A stretch of DNA of 64,000 bases, from the NCBI RefSeq assembly GCF_009914755.1, contig NC_060929.1; one strand, written 5' to 3'. The notes under the pieces were generated by a model. It was not told where the DNA came from, made no database searches, and was given only the letters and a program-made list of their open reading frames with translations. This DNA comes from the human T2T-CHM13v2.0 reference genome, Homo sapiens. A program made the translations under genes and the position numbers. Below, in pieces: positions 28,249 to 41,648 of the stretch (positions within the stretch are counted from its first letter, which is position 1; each line of letters starts with the position of its first letter).

Positions 28249-29523
28249 TCAGATTACAATGTGTGGAGTGTGAATAAAAATCAGATTACAATGTATGGAG
28301 TGTGAATAAAAATCAGATTACAATGTGTGGAGTGTGAATAAAAATCAGATTACAATGTGTGGAGTGTGAATAAAAATCAGATTACAATGTGTGGAGAGTG
28401 AATAAAAATCAGATTACAATGTGTGGAGTGTGAATAAAAATCAGATTACAATGTGTGGAGTGTGAATGAAAATCAGATTACAATGTGTGGAGGGTGAATA
28501 AAAATCAGATTACAATGTGTGGAGGGTGAATAAAAATCAGATTACAATGTGTGGAGGGTGAATAAAAATCAGATTACAATGTGTGGAGTGTGAATAAAAA
28601 TCAGTTTACAATGTGTGGAGTGTGAATAAAAATCAGATTACAATGTGTGGAGTGTGAATAAAAATCAGTTTACAATGTGTGGAGTGTGAATAAAAATCAG
28701 ATTACAATGTGTGGAGTGTGAACAAAAATCAGATTACAATGTGTGGAGTGTGAATAAAAATCAGATTACAATGTCTGGAGGGTGAATAAAAATCAGATTA
28801 CAATGTGTGGAGTGTGAATAAAAATCAGATTACAATGTGTGGAGTGTGAATAAAAATCAGATTACAATGTGTGGAGTGTGAATAAAAATCAGATTACAAT
28901 GTGTGCAGTGTGAATAAAAATCAGATTACAATGTGTGGAGGGTGAATAAAAATCAGATTACAATGTGTGGAGGGTGAATAAAAATCACATTACAATGTGT
29001 GGAGTGTGAACAAAAATCAGATTACAATGTGTGGAGTGTGAATAAAAATCAGATTACAATGTGTGGAGGGTGAATAAAAATCAGATTACAATGTGTGGAG
29101 GGTGAATGAAAATCAGATTACAATGTGTGGAGTGTGAATAAAAATCAGATTACAATGTGTGGAGTGTGAATAAAAATCAGATTACAATGTGTGGAGTGTG
29201 AATAAAAATCAGATTACAATGTGTGGAGGGTGAATAAAAATCAGATTACAATGTGTGGAGGGTGAATAAAAATCAGATTACAATGTGTGGAGTGTGAATA
29301 AAAATCAGATTACAATGTGTGGAGGGTGAATAAAAATCAGATTACAATGTGTGGAGTGTGAATAAAAATCAGATTACAATGTGTGGAGGGTGAATTAAAA
29401 TCAGATTACAATGTGTGGAGTGTGAATAAAAATTAGATTACAATGTGTGGAGTGTGAATAAAAATCAGATTACAATGTGTGGAGTGTGAATAAAAATCAG
29501 ATTACAATGTATGGAGGGTGAAT
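28249..29523. repeat. 32-bp minisatellite/VNTR, 40 units (last one partial), consensus TCAGATTACAATGTGTGGAGTGTGAATAAAAA
   Basis: Unit starts at 28249, 28281 … 29497 with an exact 32-bp period and no indels; substitution variants only. Confidence 0.98.
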
Positions 29524-30076
29524 GGGAGTTAGCTGATGAGCATGAAACACTTTTTTTTTTTTGAGACAAAGTACCATGGTGGTAGAGAAAGGGGGATAGT
29601 TTGAAGATCAATAAAAATTAATATTTTGAAAAGATCAGGGTAGAGGATGTTAATAAAAGATCTCTGGAATGGTAAATACTGTAAGACATGAAGGGTATAA
29701 CAGACTTTATTCATAACTAATTGATTTTTTATGACAAAGGATTATTTGTTTGGGGAAATAAGTAGTTAAGTGTTCCCTTCATGCCAAAGGCCTCAAAAGC
29801 TAAAAGCACTGGTAACACTTGTTTAAAGGTCCTCTCTGTATTTTATGCAGAGAGTAGGATTAATGTCCAACATGTCTGAAAAAATACTCATTCTAAAGGA
29901 ATGACTCTGGATCCACATGTTACAAATGTGGATTTTATTATTTGTTTATATTATTTACCCCAAACCAAGCTTTGTTCTATGTACTATAAACTATTTAATC
30001 ATGATTTTCCCCTCTAGGATATAATTTGTGAATAGTTTGCAGAAATGGGAGCATTATCTTTTAAAAAGTGACTTCT

Positions 30077-30174
30077 CTAGTTCTAGATCCCTGAGGAATC
30101 ACCACACTGTCTTCCACAATGGTTGAGCTAGTTTACCTTCCCACCAACAGTGTAAAAGTGTTTCTATTTCTCCA
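30077..30174 (-). mobile_element. Inverted 5' segment of an L1PA insertion
   Basis: Reverse complement of L1 TGGAGAAATAG…GGGATCTAGAACTAG, which in L1 immediately precedes the forward segment. Confidence 0.92.
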
Positions 30175-30714
30175 CCATTTGACCCAGCCATCCCATTACT
30201 GGGTATATAGCCAAAGGAATATAAATCATGCTGCTATAAAGACACATGCACATGTATGTTTACTGCGGCACTACTCACAATAGCAAAGACTTGGAATCAA
30301 CCCAAATGTCCAACAATGATAGACTGGATTAAGAAAATGTGGCACATATACACCATGGAATACTATGCAGCCATAAAAAATGATGAGTTCATGTCCTTTG
30401 TAGGGACATGGATGAAGCTGGAAACCATCACTCTCAGCAAACTATCGCAAGGACAAAAAACCAAACACCGCATGTTCTCACTCATACGTGGAAATTGAAC
30501 AATGAGAACACATGGACACAGGAAGGGGAACATCACATACCAGGGCCTGTTGTGGGGTGGGGGGAGGGGGGAGGGATAGCATTAGGAGATATACCTAATG
30601 TAAATGATGAGTTAATGGGTGCAGCACACCAACATGGCACATGTATACATATGTAACAAACCTGCACGTTGTGCACATGTACCCTAGAACTTAAAGTATT
30701 TTATATATATATAT
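30175..30714 (+). mobile_element. L1PA4-like 3' end (5'-truncated and inverted)
   Basis: ccatttgacccagcc…ggacaaaaaaccaaacaccgc…accctagaacttaaagta; TSD aaagtgactt at 30065-30074 and 30715-30724. Confidence 0.92.
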
Positions 30715-31149
30715 AAAGTGACTTTTCTGCATTTCAGAAAATCAGGTTTAAGTTAGATATGATAATGATTAAAACATTTACATATATTAAATGTACATTT
30801 AGCAATGTATATTTAATTATGTATAATTAAAAATGTATATTTAATGTAATAAATATACATTTAGCAATGTAATTTAAGAAAAAGTGCTTAAGAGCTAGCC
30901 ATCCTACCTTGGTGAAGGTGGGCAGGCTTTTGTACCCTCTGTCAGTCATCAGTGGCAGAGTTTCAGTTGTAGTAACAGGCATGTTGCCTCCTAGGTGAGA
31001 GCAAGGGAACTCCTCAGAGAAGGCAGCTGCTATTTAGCCAACTCCAGCTAAGGGGTGGGGACACCTGCCAGAAGACGGGATGTGGTGGGCTGTCTTGGAA
31101 TCCACCATAAGCCTCTTGGAGAAACCAAGAGGGTGAATGAGTTGCTGCC

Positions 31150-31930
31150 ATCTTGGAGCCTACTATCTGGGGGGTAAGAAAACAAACAAATGCAAAAATA
31201 AATAATGGAATTCCAGACACTAATAATTACCATAGAAACCAGAGTAACAGAATAGTGATTGGGAGGAAGTTGGGGAAATATTTTTCATGGTGTTTATGAA
31301 TAACTTACCTGTACAGGGAACATTTGAGCAGAGTTGAAGGATGAGAAACATACAGCTCTGGGGAGACTTGGGAGGAAGGGTAGATTGTAGAATCTGCAAC
31401 CTGTAGCAGTTCTGTGGTGGAGATGGGCATGTCCTCTTGATTTATACTGAGAAAAGTTAAGAGTGACGGAAGATGGACCTGAGGGGTTACCAGGGATAAA
31501 TGACATAGAAATTTCGTGGCCATGGATATGTGTTTAAGTTTTATTGGAAATCTGTTGTTGCAGATAATAATGAAAAGCCTTTCAAGAGTTACACACAGGA
31601 AGACTGCATAATATGAAATACAATTTACAGTTTAGAACGTTTCCTTTGTTGGTTATGTGGAGATTGGACTACAGTGAGTCAAAGAGGGAGAAAAGGAAAG
31701 ATGAAGAGACTGTTGGACTTGGCCATGCGAAAGATCCTTGGCCTTGGACCAGTGTGGAACAGTTTGGCAAAGTGTGAGAAGTGATGAGGATATATTTTGA
31801 AGGTAGGAAATTCTGATGTTTTAGGTGCAGAAGATGAAGAGTTTAAAAAACAAGTTATTGGAATAATCAACTAGTTCAATTGCATTCCATTTAACAAGAT
31901 ACTGAAAATGAGTTGAGCAGATTTGGTGAG
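31150..31930 (-). mobile_element. L2 LINE fragment
   Basis: acatttgagcagagttgaaggatgag, ggatatattttgaaggtag antisense L2 motifs. Confidence 0.65.
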
Positions 31931-32424
31931 CAGGCATGGGGAGTGGAACACAGTATGTGTGACAGTGTACATAAACTCATATGTAAAAGTATGTACACTT
32001 AAGTTTAATAAATCTGATAATTATAAATAATACATACATGTAATTGAGAAAGAAATTATGGAAGTTCTCTTGTTTCCTAGGAAATAAAAAATAAAGCAGG
32101 TATTTTATATAATATTTCAGAGTTTAGACTTTGGATTATGTCAATGGTTTTTGTTTATATAATAAAAATCTTAGTGCTAACCCTTAACTCCAAGATACTG
32201 TATCCTGTAGGCAATGAACCTACATCCATTATAAGCGCCAGCTAAGATAAATATCAAAAAAACAGCACACTAAGATTTTACCACACCCACCTTCTCATAC
32301 ACGAAGTCAATTAGATTTGACAGCACAGAGACTTCAATGATGAATAATTCTACATTAGGAATTAGCTGCCTGTGTTTCTAGAATTTATTAAACAGAATGC
32401 AGTTTGGCAAATGGGAGAGACTAC

Positions 32425-32620
32425 TTCATTTGAAGTTCAAAGAGCCGAGTTTGAACTCTGTTTCTGGGATTTATAACCTTGGCAAGTGAGTGAGCCTCAG
32501 TTTCTTCCTTGTTATTTAGAGGTAAGAATATCTGTATTGTCTTGTTTGATGTAAAATATGTTATAATAGTAAGTATGATAAAAATAATTTATCTACCCAT
32601 GTAAATATGCCAGTTTATGA
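32425..32620 (+). mobile_element. MIR SINE
   Basis: gagtttgaactctg…accttggcaagt…tgagcctcagtttcttc. Confidence 0.65.
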
Positions 32621-33554
32621 TTCATCCCCTAAATAGAAGTAGGAGAGCCCGAGGAGACCTGGGCAAGTCTGACCTCTCACACGGCATGACATTTGCTTTA
32701 CCTGTGTAACCAGCCTTCTTTGGGTTTCCAATCAGACTCCAAGACTGGCTGCTTCCCCAGGGATAGGGCTTTTGGAGATATCTGCTGATTCTTAAACGGT
32801 TTCCTCCATCTTCCTTGAGCACCTGATAAACTAACCTTTCTTGGGATCCTTCTTGTTAAGCAGCCCCAACGCATTCTTACTGGGTAGGATTTGTTTGCCT
32901 CGAGCTCTAGCCTCGGAGGGTTAAATATCAAACAGCATTCACAAATTAATATGTAAATATATCTGATAACATTCACAGTGAATTTTCCTTAATGGTATCC
33001 TGTAGTCTTTAAGAGGGAGGACTCTAGATTCGGACTGTCCAGTTCTAAATCCTGGATCCATTAATAATCAATGTTGCTGAAGCTTTTTGTGACTAATTGT
33101 GCTCTTCTGTAAAATATAAATATCATATATAAAGAAAAAACGTGATTATTTTTAAAAGTAGAAACAAAAGTATAGAAAATCTAAAATAAATATGGAAACT
33201 TTGGAAGAATGCTGAGTATATATCAGATCATTAGGAGCTCGTAGGAAATGCTGCGTTTTTTATACATGTATTTTTAATGACATGACTGAACATTTTATTT
33301 GAGTCTAATATTTGTTTGTTACTGAAGTACTGAGAAGTCATCTATTTCTTAGGTGTCTCAGGGAAAAGGCATTGAATTATGTTCTTTTTATTTTGTTTTA
33401 AATTGAAGTTATTACTAATTTTATTAGAGCTTCTGTTACTTAACCTAGATCAGATAACTATAACTTGTCAGTAATTACTTTGGTGTAACAATCAGTATTT
33501 TAAAAAGCTTTTGAGAAAAAACAGGTTGAAGATGAATATATGTATTTCCATGTC

Positions 33555-33599
33555 TCTATCTATCCATCTATCTATCATCTATCAATCATCTATCTATCT
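33555..33599. repeat. Imperfect (TCTA)n microsatellite
   Basis: tctatctatccatctatctatcatctatcaatcatctatctatct. Confidence 0.8.
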
Positions 33600-33789
33600 T
33601 TCCATAGACATAAAATAATTTTTACTCACATGTAATAATCTTGCTATTTACTCAACCTACATAACACTTATAATTCCTGGCATATAATTGGAGAATATAC
33701 TTTTAAAATCCAAATATTTTACTTTTGTAAAACACGAATGTTTTCTTTACCAGTTCATTTCTGCATGCAAATTATTTGCCAGTCACGAT

Positions 33790-36330
33790 TTTTTTCTTTT
33801 TTAAATTCAAGATGTAATTGAAATACAGTAAAATTCAACTGTTTTAGTTTAATTTTTGTGTTTTGATAGAGTTCGACAGAGTTTTGACAATCATGTAACC
33901 ATACCATAATCAAAATATAGAACATTTCCATCAAACCAAAAATTTCACTTGTACCTTTTTAAGCGATTCCACTATATGTATTTTGGTATTACATTGTAGT
34001 TTTAATTTGCATTTTCCTCGTGACTAATGATGTTGAACATATTTTAATGTACTTTTACCCATTTTTTTAATTGTGTAGCTTATTTTCTGGTTATGGAATT
34101 TCAGTAGTTCTTTAGGTATTCTTAATACAAGTCCTTCATCAGTTATGTTATTGCTAATATTTTCTCTAATCTGTGGCTTCTCTGTACATTTTATTTACAG
34201 TGTCATTATCATTTTAAAACTGAATTTATAATTTTTCCTAGTTTGAATTGTTTTGTTGTATTGTATCTCAGAAAGCTTTGCCCACTCATGGTCACAATAT
34301 TTTTGTGCATGTGTTTTACTTTAAAAGTTTTACAGATCTAGCTATTACATTTAGGTTTATAAACGAGTTTGTGCGAGTGTTTGTATAATATATGAGTTGG
34401 GTATTGATGTTAATTTTTTGTCATATGGATATTTAATTGTGTCAGCACCTTTTGTTGAAAACAGTATTCTTCTCCACTAAAAGACAGCTTTTAGTGTTTC
34501 CTTCCAGTCTAAGTGCATTTTATTTACTATTCTTATTACATTGGAGAAAATCTCCAAAACAGTGTTAAATAAGAGGGAGAAGAAGAACATTCTTTTATTT
34601 CTATTTGTAATTTGTGTTCTCCCCTCCATCCTACCTCATTTAGTCTGGCTATGTGTTTATCAAATTTGTCAATTGTTTCAAAGAATTGGCTTTTAGTTAA
34701 ATTGATCTCATTCTTGGTGCTATTGTTGCCATAGACTTTATTTTTACTTATGTTGTAAAGATACAATTTGTTGGTACTATCTTTGCTTTATCTGCTCAGA
34801 CATATTTTAGAGCAACAAAAAGGGGAAAAAGTACATTTTATAGCTATTGTTTACTTAATGCATACAATCCTTCTGTCTGAAAAACTTGCTGTAACATATC
34901 TTGTAGTGCGGGTCTATTGCTAATACCCTGCCTTTTTTTCTCACCTCTAATTCTCTTTCAGTTTTGAAGGATGTTCTTGCTGGCTATGAAATTCTGGGTT
35001 GACTTTTTCTTAGCACTTCAATGATGCCACTCCATCATATTTTGTATTGAACATTTTCTGATTAGTAGACATCTATAATTCTTATCTTTATCCTCCTGGA
35101 TATAGTATGTCCTTTTTCTCTGGCAACCTTTATCTTTGACTTTCAGCACTTTTAATATCATGTGTCAGTGTGTCATGGTTCTTGTTTGTTTGTTGAGGTA
35201 AATAATTTTTATGCTTAAAAAGTCCACTTTTGTTCCTTTCCCAATTCCTTCCTCCCTCCCACCTTGCCTCTCTCTGTCTTCTCTCTCTCTCTGTCTCTGT
35301 CTCTCTCTTTTGAAACCTTTAGTCTGGGGGTTGAGCCAATCCATTTAGAACCTGATTTGGGATTGTTCATTTTATTGTTATTGATTCGCCTGTTACCCTT
35401 AGTGCAGCACAAACTTTAAATGCCTCCAGTGTGTTTAGGGTGAGGATAGGTTTGCCAGACTTTTCCCTCAATGTCTTCTCACCATCTGATTTCAGCCTTT
35501 CTTTTGTGCCTGCGTCTCAAAGGAGGTCTCTGTGAGCTTTGATTCTCCTTCAGTGGTGGATTCCTATTACTTCTTAACATTTCCTCCTCTGCAAATAGGC
35601 ATGGGAAGGCGAAGGCTGTTCTCTTTTATTCTGTCGCAGCCCCAGTCTTTGGCAAGGGTTGTGTTGCTGGGTCTTGGGTGTGGGTTGTTCTCGGGGATCC
35701 TGCACCTCTTGTGTCACTAGGAGACAACTAATATTTTGGACCCCAGAGGTTTTCTTGTTCCTGCCCCAGAGATGGGGGGTTTCTTTGATAATCTAAAGAA
35801 TCCTTTTCAGTTCTCTTCCGAGACCAGCTGGAATGGGTCTTTCCTGCATCCTGAGGGAGACAGGTTTTACTGCTTGTTTCCCCAGTGACTTGTGGCTGTT
35901 TTCCTCTAGGGAAGATGAAGAAGGGTGAGATTTTGTGTCTTTCCCAAAGCTGTTCTGTGCCCTTACTCCAGGCCTGTGTCATGAGAGACAATCTTGGGTC
36001 TCTCCTGGGTGCCTTGTGAGGGCCGTGGAGAGCCCAGATGTAGGTACAAATTCCCATGTATCTGTGGCTCCGAGGGTTTCACATTCTCTTGGTAGCCCAG
36101 TCAGTCATTAAGAGTTTGCTAAAAACTTCAGCTGACTTCTTACTAGCCCTGGTGCATCCAGCCTCTGCTTCAAAGATGAAAATATTTATGTCTTATTCCT
36201 CCTACCTGGTACCTGTTTTTCCTCAGATTTCAGGTTAGTGCTCTACAACCTTAGCTGACTTAGGAATTCAAGAAAAGTTAATATTTTACAAATTATTTAG
36301 CTATTTTTGGTTGTAGATATAAGGTTGCGT
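33790..36330 (-). mobile_element. Mosaic of old L1M fragments (3' end, ORF2, ORF1, 5'UTR) in antisense
   Basis: tagaacatttccatca, gttttaatttgcatt…tgactaatgatgttgaacat, tggctatgaaattctgggttga; boundaries approximate. Confidence 0.6.
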
Positions 36331-38409
36331 GGTGCAATGCTTTTTCCAAATTTCTGTGATGGACGTGGAAGAACCGAAATCTGTGAGCCATGATATTTGT
36401 ATTTCTTTATTGATATATGAATGGAACTATTACTTTCCTTTAAAACAATATGATTAATGCTGAATTTGGCAGAACACGTATCATTCAAAGTTTTGGTGCC
36501 ATTCGAGTCAAAAATAGTTGTATACTTTACAGAATTTTGTCCAATGGAAGTAATTAATATATTAGGGAATTATTTTAAGTTAAAGTAAAATTCGTTTCCA
36601 CAGAATTTCCATCTGTACACAATTTATTAAATTTCAATTCAAATCTCTGATGGTAGACTCTGAATTCAATGTGGAAGTCTGATTTAATAATCATATATAC
36701 ATTGTCAACATTTAAAAGAAATAATGCTAAAATTCTTATCTTCCAATTATAAACTAAGAAATGGGAAATCTTTTTGTGTTATAAAAATGTGGTATTATGA
36801 AATGTCAAAAGAGTTAACTATGAAAAAATTGTTTGTCTATTACAATAATTGCATATCTTCTAAGTAATTATATACTTTATCAATGAGATCTTTAATATCA
36901 GTCCAACTTCACTTTCTTTAACTTTTATAAAGTTAAATATGTAATAATATACATTTTTTTCTGTTCCTCGGTGGATTATCTTGTAAATTTCATTCTGAAG
37001 AATATTCCTCTGAATAATTTACTTTTATTAATGAAACCTATATACTCATTAAATATTTTGGGAAAATACCTTTATGTTAACCATGTTTTAAAATGACTCA
37101 GGATGGCTTATGTTAATTATGGTTTAAAATGACTCAGTATTTTCATACTGCCACCAGCTTATTTATGTCCCTCAAGTTGGTAGGTTAGATAATAAAACGT
37201 TAACTGAAGAAAAGTCTTTGATTTAACCTTAGTAACCTCTTTTTAATAGATTTGACTGCTTATTTACAACTATCAAACTATTTTTGGATCTTGACTGTGT
37301 CATTCACCATTCGTGCTGTCCACCTCAACTTTGCCTCACCCATGTATTTTACAAAAGCAAAGGGCAAATGTCTATTTTCAGTAAAGAGATTGTTAAAATG
37401 GTTTTCAAGCTTAAATATTGCAAACCACAAAATGGTGGATGCTTTCATTAATGTGCACATTTAAAAATACATTTATATGTCTCATGCTTTAAAATATAAT
37501 AAAAGAATTTATTAAATTATGTACATATAATTGTACTGGGAGATGTTTCATTAAAAGTAATATACCATTCAATCCCTTTGTGATACTGAAATTGATTATA
37601 AAAATACATATTTGATAATAAATCTGATTATCATGTGTACTGTAAGTACATATTTTAGAGTAATTATTAATATCCCCATTTTAACCACTTAGACTTTATT
37701 TTAACAAATACATAATTAGCATTTAAAATAACTCAGAAGTAATCCTAAGCTGAATAGAAGGTTTTATATGGTAAATATGATGGAAGAAAAGGGATTGTTG
37801 GCTTGATTCCTTCTTCTTTATAAACTTGGGCTAAGCTTTTTAATTTATTTTACTGAATGCACTTAAATTCTTCTTGAAACTAATTACTAAATTTTAAGCA
37901 AGATTACTGGCACAAAGAGAAGCTATGAAGGTCCTGGCAAAAAATTTTAATTGTGGTCTTCAAATCAATATAAAAAAATTGCCAACATAGCTGGAGATTT
38001 CAAGGATGAATTAGAAAATTTAAAATTATGTTATTGTGTGGACTTATCTTTAAGTCTAGGAAGGGAACTGAGCCCTATTTTATTTTAAAATAGAGAAATG
38101 TTAAGAGCTAAATCTGCATAAGCAGAGGAATAAAAGTAATACAAATATTCCAAACATTAAATATATAATACATTAAAATGTTTAATGGTTATTTCATGAT
38201 TAAATTATGGATATCAGCAAACATAATGACTGAATGAAAAACCAAGAAAGAACACATTTCTGTATTAAAATATAAGAATAGAAAAATCCAATTTCATTAA
38301 TGACATTCTTCATGTGATGGGAATGATCAGCTAATTGACTGAAACTATGTTAATAGGGGAGAAAGTCACTTTAATGAATATGCAATGGTAGACAATATGA
38401 ATAGAATAT

Positions 38410-39960
38410 TGATACAAATATTTGTTCAACCTATTATTTGGAAGGCTTTAGTGCTTAAAGCTATGGGAAATATAAAGATTTTAAAAAAACTTTCAGTATT
38501 TTCATGTAGTTTAGAATTTATTGTATGGCAGAGGTAGAAACAAGATGCCACATTGAAAGGCAAAATGATCTTTCAATAAAACATTGTACAAAATATAGAG
38601 GCACAAAGGAGGGGCATATTTTTAATTTCCATAAAGGAAGCCAGGGAAAGCACTTCACGGAGGAGATGCCTACTTAAGTGGACTTCCAAGATGAACCCAT
38701 GTACTACTATCTGCTAACAAAGAATAAGGAGAAATATGTATTACTCAGAAGAATTAGGATGAACAAAAGCATTGAAACAACTAAAATTCTTGGAAGGAAG
38801 AGAGAAGAGGGAATGTAGATCACAGTTGGAGGGGATGCCCTTGGAAGAATCTAAGAAAATTATCCCAGTTTATGGAGAGAAGCCATAAGAGATAAAAACA
38901 GATACAGGAAGGTTAATCTAGTTGATTGAGTTTCCATCTGATGACATCCATTTTACCAATACCGTATGAAGTGAAGTCTCAGCTGAGAGGGTGTGGTGGG
39001 GAGAGTTGGGACCTCTGAGGAGAGAGGAAGGGGTATACAATTGTTGGTTTTGTTTTGTTTTAGAAAGGGACAAGGTAAACTTAGAAAGGACAGGTAGTAA
39101 GTTCTTTTGGCTAATGATGAGGGTCCATTCAAAGTCTGTGGTCGTGTATCACATGGTAGAGTAAGAATTTCCAGCAAACTTTACTTGCTAGGCTCAGATT
39201 AAAAGGCAGATATAGCTTTGCAGCCAGGGTTTGTGCTTTATCAGTTGATTGGACAAGGGAGAGTAAATCAAAGATGTTGCTATTCAGAGCAGTGATTATG
39301 AAGATGGCCAATGAGTTCTAATTTAGTAAACAAAGAAGCAAATGCTTGGAAAGTGTGATAGAAAACATGCTGAGGCCAAGGAATTAGTAGAGTAAAGGCT
39401 CTGGTTTCAGTAACACTGAAGGTTAAAATGACGAGTTAAATAGTGGAGTATTTGGAACTGAGAATTTTGGTGGTCATGTGGCTTTACTGGTGATTACTAA
39501 GGTCCAGTATGCGATCAAAGACAAGATGACCGAAATAGGATAAAGGAAAAGGTTGTAGGAAGTGAGGTGGCCAAAGAGCTGCCGATTCAAAATGTGGTAC
39601 GGGCTTTACATGCTGGTTTTAAAATCACCGGGAATGACTACTAGAAAAGGGGGAAGGGAAAGACAGTGAACCAAGAACTAAGTTTTTCAGTGAACTCCAC
39701 AGTGGAGAGTTTGTAGACATTTTGACACTGGTGTGTCACAACAATTTGGAGATTACAGCTAAGTGGTCTGAAGTTCAGAAGAGCAGTAACATTTTGAGGG
39801 AGGTAGAAGTGGAAATGGTTTGGCAATAATGACGGGGGTCGTGAAGGAACACGAAAAGATTAATAACCTCCACCTGTAAGCAGAGTCAGTGTCTGTCCGG
39901 GAGAGTGATGTTTGGGTAAAGGGAAGGGGAAGGGAGAGAAAAGAGAAGTTGATAATAGGA
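38410..39960 (-). mobile_element. Degenerate L2 LINE
   Basis: tttgttcaac…, cagggaaagcacttcacggaggagatg and purine-rich L2-like body. Confidence 0.45.
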
Positions 39961-40081
39961 GAAAATTTTGTAATCCCAGAAGAAGAGTTCCAGATAGATT
40001 TCTTCAGGGGAAAAAATGGGAACTGTTTATGGTAGTTTGGAGGTTGTGTAAAGTACAGTGGGTGTCAGAAGTCTCAAGATA

Positions 40082-40339
40082 ACGGATGACCTGGAGGCTG
40101 GGATATCCAGAAGAGTTGAGACAGAAAGAGAAATAACTAGCATTACATTCCTTAAAATGCCCTTCCTTTTTGATCAACACATACTTAAAAATCATCTGAG
40201 CAGGTTCTGCTTTATATATATGTTTAAAATTATTTATATTTGATGTATAGGTACAGCTTTACTAGCCTTTGAGGACTTTATAAATTATACATAAAATGGG
40301 TCAGACATGGTAGTTCACACCTATAATCCCAGCACTTTG
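40082..40339 (+). repeat. Donor copy of a local ~260-bp direct duplication
   Basis: Aligns by eye with 41379-41648 (about 13 substitutions, a 2-bp indel and a TA expansion); includes the first ~40 nt of the AluJ. Confidence 0.95.
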
Positions 40340-40605
40340 GGAGGCCAAGGTGGCAGGATTGCTTGAAGCCAGAAGTTTGAAGCTAGCTTAGGCAATATAG
40401 TGAGACCCCATCTCCACACACACAAAAAAAATTAGTCAAGTGTGGTGGCATGTGCCTCTGGTCCCAGCTATTCAGGTGCCTGTGGTGGGAGGATCACTTG
40501 AGCCCAGGAGTTCAAGGTTACAGTGAGCTATGATCGTGATAATTCCACTGTTTCCCAGCCTGGGTGACAGTGAGATTCTGTTTCAAAATAATCAATCAAT
40601 CAATC
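40299..40605 (+). mobile_element. AluJ
   Basis: ggattgcttgaagcc, ggaggatcacttgagcccaggagttcaagg, gagctatgatcg; (AATC)n tail. Confidence 0.9.
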
Positions 40606-41378
40606 ATACATATAATTGAATGAAAAGTGTTGAGAAAAAGATTAATTTTTAATGTATGAATTTAAAACAATTCTTTTTTTCTTTTGCACAATAAACTGAG
40701 GAATAGTACTACATTAAAGAAAGGTTTTAAAATTTATCCGGAACAATGAATTATTCTTCGGGCATAGGGAATGCTCAAGGAGTGAGAAAGTCAGGCTAAA
40801 GCTCTGCAGCTGCACTAAACATCAGCAGCAGGCCAACATCGGGAAGCCCTTCTCCAGGGATGCAAATGTAACTGCAGGAAAATTTGACATTACATCGTTT
40901 AGACAAAATATATTTAGAGGAAATGACTTTGAATTGTCTATTATGCCATCTTCAACTTGGCTTCTCAAGTAGAATAAATGTTGCTATTAGGACCAGAATT
41001 TTTTTAAAAAGTAGTTAATAAATGACTTGTAAAGTGTGCTTTCTGTTTTGATCTCCAGGTACCCTCAACTCAATCTCGTTCTTGCCTGGAGAAGCAATGT
41101 GATGAAGGATCTAGGTTTGAACCCTGGCATTTAGCTTTCTGAATAGTTGTCAGATGAGTTTTTTTTTTAACAAGAAGCTAAAGAAGATTGAAATGCAATG
41201 ATGAAAAATTGACTCAGAGGTGGAAGATGTAATTGTTTTCAGTGGAATGCCTTCTGTCCACTGTATAGGATCTACTGAATGTTCACATGGCTGGCTCTAA
41301 GTGCCATTCTAGACTACATACTATGTGAAAAAAATCTTTCTTCTGTTCATTTTATATTTTCTCAGGTCCCTTCCAAGG

Positions 41379-41648
41379 ATGGATGACCTAGAGGCTGGGA
41401 TATCCAGAAGAGTTGAGACAGAAAGAGAAATAACTAGTATTATGTTCCTTAAAATGTCCTTCCTTTTTGATCAACACTAATACTTAAAAATCATCTGAGC
41501 AGGTTCTGCTATATATATATATATATATATGTTTAAAATTATTTATATTCAATGTATATGTACAGCTTTACTAGCTTTTGTGGACTTTATAAATTATACA
41601 TAAAATGGGTCAGACATGGTAGTTCGCACCTATAATCCCAGCACTTTG
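41379..41648 (+). repeat. Inserted copy of 40082-40339 flanked by a 15-bp direct repeat
   Basis: tttctcaggtccctt at 41358-41372 and 41662-41676. Confidence 0.95.

Noticed and set aside
28249-29523. CRISPR-like array (32-bp repeats)
   Set aside because: Units are head-to-tail with no unique spacers, there are no cas genes, and the context is primate DNA; it is a minisatellite.
30770-30880. Duplicated acatttagcaatgta in an AT-rich tract
   Set aside because: Low-complexity slippage product with no further structure.
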